The notes beneath the pieces were generated by a model that made no database searches, had not been told where the DNA came from, and saw nothing but the letters and a program-made list of their open reading frames with translations. A stretch of DNA of 63,973 nt, counting the filler, from Octopus bimaculoides (taxonomy: Eukaryota), in the NCBI RefSeq assembly GCF_001194135.2. It is 5 parts of 5 records of this genome, joined end to end, with 100 filler letters (N's around TTAATTAATTAA, not from the genome) between each part and the next. Parts side by side here need not be neighbours in the genome. Positions count along the whole stretch, not along the records: positions 38,324 to 63,973 come from NC_069009.1; 4 more parts are not named here. One strand, 5' to 3'. The translations under genes were made by a program, and so were the position numbers. Of the stretch, positions 54,360-63,973 are shown one piece after another (within the stretch, counting starts at the first letter, position 1; each line of letters opens with the position of its first letter).

Positions 54360-54767
54360 GTAAGTATTAGACCATTTCTACATATTTTTCACATTCAATG
54401 TTGGTAATAACCTTAACTAATACCTTATGCTTTTGATCTTAGCTATGCTGGAGGAAAAAGGGCAAATATGTTAACTGCCGTGAAGCCAAGTAGATTTTTT
54501 ATCTGTACATATTGACTCAGACGGAGTCTATAATTTACAATATCTAATCTTTGATGACGTTAGTTTATTACATAAAATCTCATTCTGATAATATTCAGGG
54601 AACGGACAGTATGAAAACCTTTGGCGTTAGCATAACGTGTTGCATATATTGTTGTTATGAAGGAGAGTATAAAATGGAGGAAATATTCTGATAATTCTAA
54701 TTCTAAATGATACTACTGTAAAAATCATATATAAACGTAACCACTCGACTTCGGGGTCGAGTGGGCA

Positions 54768-56619
54768 TTGCACTTCATTTTTATCATTCTTTCATAATTT
54801 CATTCGTCACTTTTATCTTTTCTTCTTTACTCAATTTCCTTTTAGTAATTCTTAGTTCCCCGAATTTATGTTTTGTATTGTCTCTGTGTATTGTAAGGCA
54901 CCTCTATGTTGCTGGTGTGGGTAGTGTAAAAAAAATGAAAACTGTAGTCATTTTTGACCACAGTACGATAGAGGAAGGTTGTGTTTTTGAGACTTGCTAA
55001 TGATATTATTGTTACTATTACTGTTGAAGCGACTTTCACGTATTTGTTATTTACTACTATTATTGTTTTTTAGCTTTTTTCTCTCCATTGTGGGTGAGAA
55101 AAAATACTTAGCTTTTCCAGCATGGAAATCTATGCAAAGACGGCTCCAGCGAAAACAGCAATGCTGTTAGAGACGAGGCAAATAAAATTTGACTAGGAAA
55201 ATATTTTAAAAAGTGAACAACTTGTGCAGAAGGAGGGAGATACTATCAAGCCCCTCCCTCCACAGAAGAGGATGAAAGATAAGAGGGACAGGACGGTAAT
55301 GTATTGCACAGAAGCGGTCGTCACCAGCAAGATAGAAATATTTGTAGAGGAAGATATTGAGGAATGTCTGGGAGACATAATGAAGAAGGCTACTTTTATT
55401 GGCAGAGGAAGAAGATAGAGCACGGTGGAGGTGAGGTTTGCTACCAAAGAAGAGGCGGCCTCACATTCCATTACCATTCTGAGGTCGAGCGATGTAGCGC
55501 TGTTACCCGCGTATAGGGGAAGGCGCAGTGTTCGAGTCAGAGCAGCGGGAGTGCCAACCGATATCAAAACATAGTGGTTGGTGGCAACTATTTTGGCTGC
55601 CACTGAAGACAATCGGGAACGGGGACCGATAGGAGAGACAAAAGTGTTAAACTGCTGAGGATTCGGGGTCGAGATATGGCTTTTTGCCACATTTGAAGAC
55701 ATAGAGCGATTCCTCTACCAGATTGAGATTGCATTAAAAAATAAGCTGAAAGTTGTTGTAGAGGGACGTCGACCCAATTGTTATATATGCGGAGTGAGGG
55801 GTCACCTGAAGACACAGTGCCCCAAGTTCGAAGAGACTTAGAGCAAGAAAGTAGAGGAAAAAGAACAGGAAACGGAGATAGAAGAGAGAACTAAAACATA
55901 GAAAGAGAGAAGTGAAACAAGGGAAAACAAAAGCAATTTTTAGTGCATCAGTGACGAAAAAGTGAAAGAAAAGATTGAAGAGAAAGAGGCAAAGGAGGGG
56001 AGTGACTGGTTTGTCAGCCCCAAAACAAAAAAGAAAGAGAACATTGAACAGAAACCGAGAAGAAGCCGCAAAAAATATAGGGAACAACCTAAACCTAAAA
56101 ATATATAAGCAGTAGAAAGAAAAAACAACCGAAGAAGAATGAATGAATTATAAGGGCTTCCTGATAATCTACAAAAAGTGTGTGGAGGTGGAAAAAAGAA
56201 TAGCAAAATTGCAAGGACTTGTGAGGGTGAGGCTACCCAGAGAAGAATTTGAGGGAGATGATAAAGGAATTATGATGCAGGATGAAAGGTTTCATAGGTT
56301 TATGGACACAGTCGGTGGATCGGTATGTATGGTGGACAGGATATGGTTTCGTGATGCTCCGCCGTCTGTAATGGAATATGAGGAACTAACACGAATAGCA
56401 ATAGGAACAGTATAGAAAAAAAAAGATGATAAAAATGTGAACTTATTTGTTTGAAAAAAAAATAATGGGAAAAACTGCGCTTCATTTTTATCATTCTTTC
56501 ATCATATCATTCGTTTCTTTTCTTTTTTCTTCTTTACTCAATTTCATTTTTGTAAATTTCAGTTCCCCGAGCTTATGTTTTGTATTGTCTTTGTGTATTG
56601 TAAGGCACCTCTATGTAGC
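54768..56619 (+). mobile_element. Degenerate ORF1(gag-like)-only L1/Tx1-type element between 145-bp direct repeats
   Basis: Broken ORF with VEVRFATKEEA and SVRVRAAGVP segments and a CCHC knuckle CYICGVRGHLKTQC (55779-55820), with several stops and frameshifts. Direct repeats at 54768-54912 and 56475-56619. No RT seen. Confidence 0.75.
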
Positions 56620-57436
56620 CTTTATGGGTAATAAAACTAGAGGTCAGTTAGTGATGAGGGACATCTCTGAGAGCTGTGTATTACTTCATTTTGTTTGTGT
56701 TTAACGTGTTTCACCGAAAGGTTAGTTAATTAAAAATTGTTGCCTGCTTGCGGGATTTGTTATTGCCTTCTTGCAGGATTTGTTATTTGTTTTGTGGTTT
56801 CCCGTAAAGGAAACGTTGTTAAAATATTTTTTGTAAAATAATATCGTGAACTATTATCTTCCCCGAAGGCGGAAGGTTATATAAGATTTTTTATTGCGTT
56901 ACGGGGATTTTGTTAAATATAATTTGAACTGTGTTCCATTTCGGAACAATTGTTAAAAATATTCTTTCTGTGTTTTTTTAATATTGTTTTGTGTTTAAAA
57001 AAATACTGAATAATGTCTTCAAGTGAAGGAAAAAAAATGAATTTTGTCGCCGCTGTTGGTGGTTCTGAAATGATAACATTTCCAGACCTATTTTGGTATG
57101 ATAAGTGAGGAAAATGATGAGAGCAAAATAACTCCACCTAACAAACTAATAAATAAGACAACAGAAAAAAGCCATCATCTATAAATCTTATGATTTAGAA
57201 AAGAAGAAATTCTAACAACTAGAAGAGAGCACCGTTGAAAAGTGCTCGGGTCGGTAATAAAACGAATAAAATAGCCGACCTCACCGCCAACTTTCTCAAC
57301 AGGATCGCCATTATGCTCACCATCATCGTAATCTACTTTCATCTCTTCCGCTATCTCATTGTTTAACCATAATATTTAATATTCTGCCACAAATTTGTTC
57401 CATAAATGTTCTTCTTAACTCAATATTATATTGCAG

Positions 57437-57508
57437 GAATTTGGTATCTAACAACATCAAAGAAATAAAATCAGGAACTTTCCAAAATCTTTCCAATTTA
57501 ACATCTCT
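57437..57508 (+). CDS. LRR exon A (72 nt, phase 2/2): (L)NLVSNNIKEIKSGTFQNLSNLTS(L)
   Basis: ttgcAG acceptor and GTAAGT donor. Exactly 72 nt, in frame with the signal/LRRNT exon, and a typical 24-aa extracellular LRR. Confidence 0.92.
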
Positions 57509-58750
57509 GTAAGTTGAATCAATCTTCTTTTATATTATTTCGTTGAAGATATCTTTCTGAATCAGTAATGTTTTCCCATACTTCTATTTAAGCTGCATTC
57601 CCGTCTGTATATAGATGCGATTTATTTTTTCTTAAATGTTTGTGAATGTGAGCCTGGGTCCATTTTTGAGATAGGGCAAATATGGGAGGGTGATAACTGG
57701 GGAAATATCGATTGCATACACGTGTTACAGTTTATGGACGAGTGTATGCGAGTATATTAACATGTCTGTATAATATGTACGACACTAAATAACTTCCTTC
57801 AAGGACCCTTCTAGTTGTGTATTTAGCGCCAGATATTTCATACGCTAATTGTTAAACATATCTTTTACTTGTTGCTCTTCTTCCTCGTCTCCTTCTTCTT
57901 CCTTTCCCATTAACCCTAACTCCTCTACCAAACCATCATCATTACTCTGATCTTCATTAAGGTCATCGTTATCGTCACCATTCTCCTCATTTACTTCCAA
58001 TTTTTCTTTTAAATTTTCTTCCATCGCAATCTCTTCTTCTTCTTCTTCTTCTTCTTCTTCTTCTTCTTCTTCTTCTTCTTCTTCTTCTTCTTCCACCTCT
58101 TCTTCTTCTTCTTCTTCTTCTTCTTCTTCTTCTTCTTCTTCTTCTTCTTCTTCTTCCACCTCTTCTTCTTCTTCTTCTTCTTCTTCTTCTTCTTCTTCTT
58201 CTTCTTCTGCTTCTTCTTCTTCTTCTTCTTCTTCTTCTTCTTCTTCTTCTTCTTCTTCTTCTTTATTTGTTGCAATTCTTCCTTCTCTTCTTCATAATAT
58301 TTTTCAGTTTTCATTCTTCATATCCTGTTTATGTAATTGTTGTTTGTTGTTTTCCTTGTTGATATTGTCGTCGTCGTCGTCATCATCATCATCATCATCA
58401 TTTTGTTCCACATTCTTATCCTTATGTTTCTTCTCCTCTTCCTTCTTTTTATCATTGTTCTTGGTCCTCTTCTTTTACTTGTTTTTGTACTTTTCCTCCT
58501 TCGTTTCTTGTACGTCTTACGTATTATCATCTACTTTTACTTCACATCCTTTATTTATTCTCCGTCATCTTCATGTACTTCGTCTTCGTCTTCATTGCTT
58601 CTTCTTTTTCTTCTTCTTTTTCTTCTTCTTCTTCCTCCACCTCTTCTTCTTCTTCTTCTTCTTCTTCTTCTTCTTCTTTTCTTCTTCTTCGTCTTCATTT
58701 CTTCTTCTTCTTCTTCATATTGTTGTTGTTTTCTTGCTGTTCCTTTCTTT

Positions 58751-58795
<45 letters not shown>

Positions 58796-59277
58796 TATCA
58801 CTTTCTTCTGCTTTTGGATCTATTTCTGCTTCTTAACGTACTTCTCCATTTCATTGTAATTCTTCTTTTCCTCCTTCTTTTCTTCTAATTCGTCTTGCTC
58901 GTATTCTCATTCTTCTTGTGTCTCTTCTCCAACATCTTCTTATTCGTCTTCTTCTTCTTTTACTCCTTCTTCTTCTTCACATAATCGTCATCACAACAAA
59001 AGCTGCAAATCCGCATCGTTATCAAACTAAGTTAAATTAACATCATATCCCTATCATCAGCATCATATAACTTCGTTATCAAGACTCTCACAATATTTTT
59101 GTATCCTCTGCATCCTCATTACATTCATCACTCCACCCCACCAATCATTATCAACAAGACCGTCATGATGTTCATCATGATCATAATCTACATTTCATCT
59201 TTTCCATCATTCGATATAAAATAACCTCTCGCAAATTTGTTCCAAAATGTTCTTCTTGACTCAATTTTATGTTCCAG

Positions 59278-59349
59278 GATTTGGGGATTGAACGATATCA
59301 AAGAAATCAAAGCAGAAACCTTCCAAAATCTTTCCAGTTTAAAATTTCT
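59278..59349 (+). CDS. LRR exon B (72 nt): (L)IWGLNDIKEIKAETFQNLSSLKF(L)
   Basis: ttccAG acceptor and GTAAGT donor, 72 nt, paralogous to exon A. Has W at the normally conserved second L. Confidence 0.85.
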
Positions 59350-60224
59350 GTAAGTTGAATCAATCTCCTCTTACACTATTTCATTGAAGATATTTTTCTA
59401 AATCTGTAAGGTTTCAATTTAATGTCTACACCCGTCTTTCTATAGAGGTATTTCATTGTTATTGAACGTTTGTGAATGTGAGTATGGGCGCATTTTTGAG
59501 ATAGGGGGTATAGGAGCGTGATTATTGAGGAGAAACATTTATTGCATGCACGTGTTTCCGTTTATGGAAGAGTGAATGCAAGTGTATTAACATGTGTGTA
59601 TAATATGTACGGCATTTACCTTTAGATCGAAGCTAAATAAGTTCCTTGAATAAATATTCTTGCTGTGCATTTAGCACCAGATATTTCAAAACGCTAATTG
59701 TTAAACATATCTCCTACTTGCTGCTGTTGTCTTCTTCTTCGTTTCCTTTCAACTTTAACTCCTCCTCCGCGCCGTCATCATTAATGTGTGCAGAATATGT
59801 ACGGTCTTTACCTTTAGATCGACGCTGAATAACTTCTGTGAATAGCACTTCTAGTTGTGTATTTAGCACAAGATATTTCATACCCTAATTGTTGAACATT
59901 TTTCCTTGTTGTTATTCTTGTTCTTCTTCGTTTTCTTCCTCGTCTCCTTCTTCTTCCTTTCCCATTAACTTTAACTCGTCTACCAAACCATCATCATTTC
60001 TTCGTTCTTCATTTAGGTCATCGTTATCGTCACCATTCTCGTCATACTTCTTCCGCTTTTTCTTTAAAATTTTCTTCCATCACAATCTCCCCCTCCTCCT
60101 CCTCTTCTTCTTCTTCTTCTTCTTCTTCTTCTTCTTCTTCTTCTTCTTCTTCTTCTCGTTCTTCATCTTCTTCTTCTTTTTCTTCTTCTTTTTCTTCTTC
60201 TTCTTTTTCTTCTTCTTCTTCTTT

Positions 60225-60267
<43 letters not shown>

Positions 60268-60328
60268 CCTTCGTCTATTTTCATGTCTTCTACGTCGTCT
60301 TCACATTCTTCTTCTTTTTCTTCTTCTT

Positions 60329-60375
<47 letters not shown>

Positions 60376-60685
60376 TCTTCACTTGTTCATCATCACAACA
60401 AACCTGCGAGTCCACATCGTGTTCACAGTAATCAAAATTAACATCATCTTCGTATCACCTACCTTTATCAAGATTCTCACAATATTCCCATTTCCTCTGT
60501 CTCGTCTTTATATTCATCTCAGACTTCCATCACACCGTTTACATTATCAACAAGTTCGTCATGATGTTCATCAGCATCGTAATCTATTTTTCATCTCTTT
60601 CTTTATCTCATTCTTTAGCCATAATATTTATTATTCTGTCACAAATTTGTTCCATAAATGTTCTTGACTGAATTTTATTTTCCAG

Positions 60686-60757
60686 GTATTTGGGTTTTAA
60701 TCATATCAAAGAGATCAAAGTAGAAACATTCCAAAATCTTTCCAATTTAAGAATTCT
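60686..60757 (+). CDS. LRR exon C (72 nt): (L)YLGFNHIKEIKVETFQNLSNLRI(L)
   Basis: ttccAG acceptor, GTAAGT donor, 72 nt, canonical LRR. Confidence 0.92.
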
Positions 60758-61211
60758 GTAAGTTGAATCAATCTTCTTTCATAATGTTTCATTGACGATA
60801 TCTATGTAAATGTGTACGTGTTTTCCCATACATGAATTTAATGTCCACTCCCACCTCTCTATAGATGCATTTTATAGTTTTTGAATGTTTATGAATGTGA
60901 GGCTGGGCCCATTTTTGATAAAGGGGATATATGGGAGCGTGGTTATTGAGGGGAGACATCTATTGCATACACGTGTCTTCGTTTATGGACAAGTGTATGC
61001 AAATGTATTATTATCATATGTGTATAACATGTACGGCATTTACCTTTAGATCGACACTAAATAACTTCCTCGAATAACCGTTCTAATTGTGTATTTAACA
61101 CCAGCTATTTCATATGCTAATTCTTAAACAAATCTTTTACTTGCTGTTTCCTTTCCCTTCAACCATCATCACAACTTAGATCTTAATTTAGCTCATCTAG
61201 TAACATCAACA

Positions 61212-61538
61212 CCAACAAGTAGGAGATATGTTTAACAATTAGCGCATGAAATATCTGGTGCTAAATGCACAGCAAGAAGATTTATTCAAGGAAGTTATCT
61301 AGCTTCGATCTAAAGATAAATGCCGTACATATTATGCACACATGTTAATACACTTGCATTCACTCTTCCATAAACGGAGACATGTGCATGCAATAGATGT
61401 TTCCCCTCAATGATCACGCTCCTATATAACCCTTATCTCAAAAATGCGTTTTATTCGTTTTATTACCGGCTCCAGACACTTTTCAACGGTGCTCTATTCT
61501 AGGTATTATAATCTCTTCTTTTCTAAAACATAAGCTTT
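61212..61538 (-). repeat. Inverted, exon-less copy of cassette intron sequence
   Basis: 61215-61448 is the reverse complement of 59489-59722 (roughly 90% by eye) and, less closely, of 60908-61143. 61449-61538 is the reverse complement of 57183-57271. Confidence 0.9.
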
Positions 61539-61776
61539 ACATTTTCTTGTAAACTTTTTCTAGCACATTCTTCTTCTTCTTCTTCTTCTTCTTCTTCTTC
61601 TTCTTCTTCTTCTTCTTCTTCTTCTTCTTCTTCTTCTTCTTCTTCTTCTTCTTCTTCTTCTTCTTCTTCTTCTTCTTCTTCTTCTTCTTCTTCTTCTTCT
61701 TCTTCTTCTTTCTCCTACTCCTATTCTTCTTCTCCTTGTTATTGTTGTTGTTGTTGTTGTTATTATTATTATTGTT

Positions 61777-62126
61777 CAGTAGTTTTATTTTTATAACGTG
61801 CTTTCACTTCACTACCGAGCGCAGCTCTGTGCGCCTTGGGTATGTGCTGTGGTTTGCTGTGGTGCTCTAATGGTTACTGTATTGAAAGTGTTTTGCGTAG
61901 TATGTGTGCAGTGCCCAGTAGTGCAATTTTCTGTATGTTATATATATTTGTAAGTCCTGGTGTTTTTGTTATGTATTTGTCTGAATATTGTTTTATTATA
62001 CCTAAGGCATCTACTATGATACGAATTGTTTCTGTTTTTAGATTCCACATTCGAGTTACCTCTATTTCGAGGTCTTTGTATTTTGAAAGTTTTTCCGTTT
62101 CTTTTAGAGAAACGTTGTCATCTGCT
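61777..62126 (-). mobile_element. Young R4/Dong-like LINE 3' end in the intron between LRR exons C and D
   Basis: KETEKLSKYKDLEIEVTRMWNLK...ALGII...QKIALLGTAHILRKTLSIQ*. About 5 differences in about 230 nt from the 49821 copy. (TTA)n on both sides of element+gap. Confidence 0.88.
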
Positions 62127-62580
62127 NNNNNNNNNNNNNNNNNNNNNNNNNNNNNNNNNNNNNNNNNNNNNNNNNNNNNNNNNNNNNNNNNNNNNNNNNN
62201 NNNNNNNNNNNNNNNNNNNNNNNNNNNNNNNNNNNNNNNNNNNNNNNNNNNNNNNNNNNNNNNNNNNNNNNNNNNNNNNNNNNNNNNNNNNNNNNNNNNN
62301 NNNNNNNNNNNNNNNNNNNNNNNNNNNNNNNNNNNNNNNNNNNNNNNNNNNNNNNNNNNNNNNNNNNNNNNNNNNNNNNNNNNNNNNNNNNNNNNNNNNN
62401 NNNNNNNNNNNNNNNNNNNNNNNNNNNNNNNNNNNNNNNNNNNNNNNNNNNNNNNNNNNNNNNNNNNNNNNNNNNNNNNNNNNNNNNNNNNNNNNNNNNN
62501 NNNNNNNNNNNNNNNNNNNNNNNNNNNNNNNNNNNNNNNNNNNNNNNNNNNNNNNNNNNNNNNNNNNNNNNNNNNNNNNN

Positions 62581-62644
<64 letters not shown>

Positions 62645-62822
62645 TATTAATAATAATAATAAGCTTCATATTCTTCCTATTCTTTCCCTTTCTTCATGTT
62701 TTTTGGAATTCTTCTGCCACTTCTACTTTCTCTACTTTTTCTCTTCTTCTACTCCATCTTCTACTCCTTCGCCTCCATTACTCCTCCACCTACTTCTCCT
62801 CCTCTTCCTGCTGCTGCTGCTG

Positions 62823-62868
<46 letters not shown>

Positions 62869-63387
62869 CTTGTCTCTTCTCATTCTTTTTCTTCCGCTTC
62901 TTTACCTCCTTGTCCTTGTCTCGTCCTTTTCTATTAATTCTTCCTCTCCTTCTTCTTCTTCTTCTGCTTTTTGTTCTCCATCTTTTTCTCAATTCTGTCC
63001 TTCACCACCATCTGCTTGTTTTTCGTGATGTTTTTGTTGTTGTTGTTCTTCTTCTTCTTCTTCTTCTTCTTCTTCTTCTTCTTCTTCTTCTTCTTCTTCT
63101 TCTTCTTCTTCTTCTTCTTCTTCTTCTTCTTCTTCTTCTTCTTTCTTCACTATCTTCCCAATCTCCTCTTCATTTTTTGTCCTTTTCTTCTTCTTCACCA
63201 TTTTCATCACTACCATCACCATCAACTCTACCGCCATTATTATTTCCCCTTCCTATTCTTCCTCCTCCTCCTTCTGCTTTTGTTCTTTCTCATCATTATC
63301 ATCAACAGCATCATCATCGTCATCACCTTTGTATTATTCATCTCATGTTATACACAATCTCTTATTAACTCAATTTTATGTTCCCAG

Positions 63388-63459
63388 AGATTTGAGAGAT
63401 AATGACATCAATGAAATCAAAGCAGACACTTTTCGAAATCTGTCCAGTTTAGAATATCT
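63388..63459 (+). CDS. LRR exon D (72 nt): (L)DLRDNDINEIKADTFRNLSSLEY(L); gene continues beyond the window
   Basis: tcccAG acceptor, GTAAGT donor, 72 nt, canonical LRR. No stop codon is reached within the window. Confidence 0.92.
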
Positions 63460-63973
63460 GTAAGTTTAATCGGTTTTCCTTTTTTAGTATTTCATAGAAG
63501 ATATATTTCTAAATCTGTAATATCTTCCAATATATCACTTTAATCTCATTTACTCGTTTTTCAAAGGTGTGTTTATTGCTTACGAAACCGTGTGTATGCC
63601 CGTTTCTAAGGTATGGAATATATGAGAGCAAGATACTTCGGGGAAAATATTTTGCGCACGTATCCCTATGCGTAAAATCTCTCTGCGCGATGGGAGTGTT
63701 AATGTATTGTAATGTCTGTGAATGTGTGTGAGAACTAATTCCACACAATTGTTATATAAGTGTGTGTACCAATTAAAACTGTCACTTAGTCAAATGTCTG
63801 TCATTTTGTGTATGGACGTGTGCATGAGAATATATCAACATGTATGTGTAATTCGTTCCCTATACGATATACGGTGATTACGTTTGCATGACCACTGATT
63901 ATCGTCCTAGAGGTCTCTTCTTGTACTACTTGTTGTTATCGTTGTTGTTTTTGTTTCTTCTTCTTCTTCTTCT

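Larger units (their letters stand above)
57330..63560 (+). repeat. Tandem exon+intron cassette duplications (4 units, spacing 1841, 1408 and 2702 nt)
   Basis: Each exon is preceded by related sequence (caaatttgttcc(a)taaatgttctt...actcaat(t)ttat; weaker for exon D) and followed by gtaagttgaatcaatct...gaagatat-like sequence. Longer shared intron blocks and (TTC)n/(ACT)n tracts recur. Confidence 0.9.

Noticed and set aside
57845-58888. Poly-Glu/Lys ORFs antisense to the LRR introns
   Set aside because: (TTC)n microsatellite within the duplicated intron cassettes.
57330-63560. CRISPR-like or prokaryotic repeat array
   Set aside because: Eukaryotic context. The repeats are kb-scale exon-intron duplications with GT-AG sites, and there are no cas genes.

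Overview
This is AT-rich, microsatellite-laden eukaryotic DNA. Its SINE, MITE and LINE content looks like a coleoid cephalopod, probably Octopus (inference from repeat recognition, not a database match). Four identical 100-bp spacers (44 N + TTAATTAATTAA + 44 N) split the window into five segments (1-8453, 8554-18028, 18129-31001, 31102-38223, 38324-63973) whose true adjacency is unproven. The only well-supported host gene is on the + strand at the 3' end and runs off the window. It has a signal-peptide/LRRNT exon (54178-54359) followed by four 72-nt phase-2/2 leucine-rich-repeat exons (57437, 59278, 60686, 63388). These exons arose by tandem duplication of whole exon+intron cassettes. Their variation is concentrated on the six concave-face x positions of LxxLxLxxNxL. 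An inverted, exon-less copy of the cassette intron (61212-61538) could base-pair across the exons. Together this suggests a diversifying, possibly alternatively spliced LRR recognition protein. The rest is mostly decayed transposons: mariner, RTE, CR1-like, Tx1/L1-like (including an ORF1-only derivative), R4/Dong-like, a Penelope-like element with a minimal hammerhead ribozyme, piggyBac-, hAT- and Merlin-like MITEs (one with back-to-back telomeric repeats) and SINEs. There are also a few unidentified exon-like ORFs.
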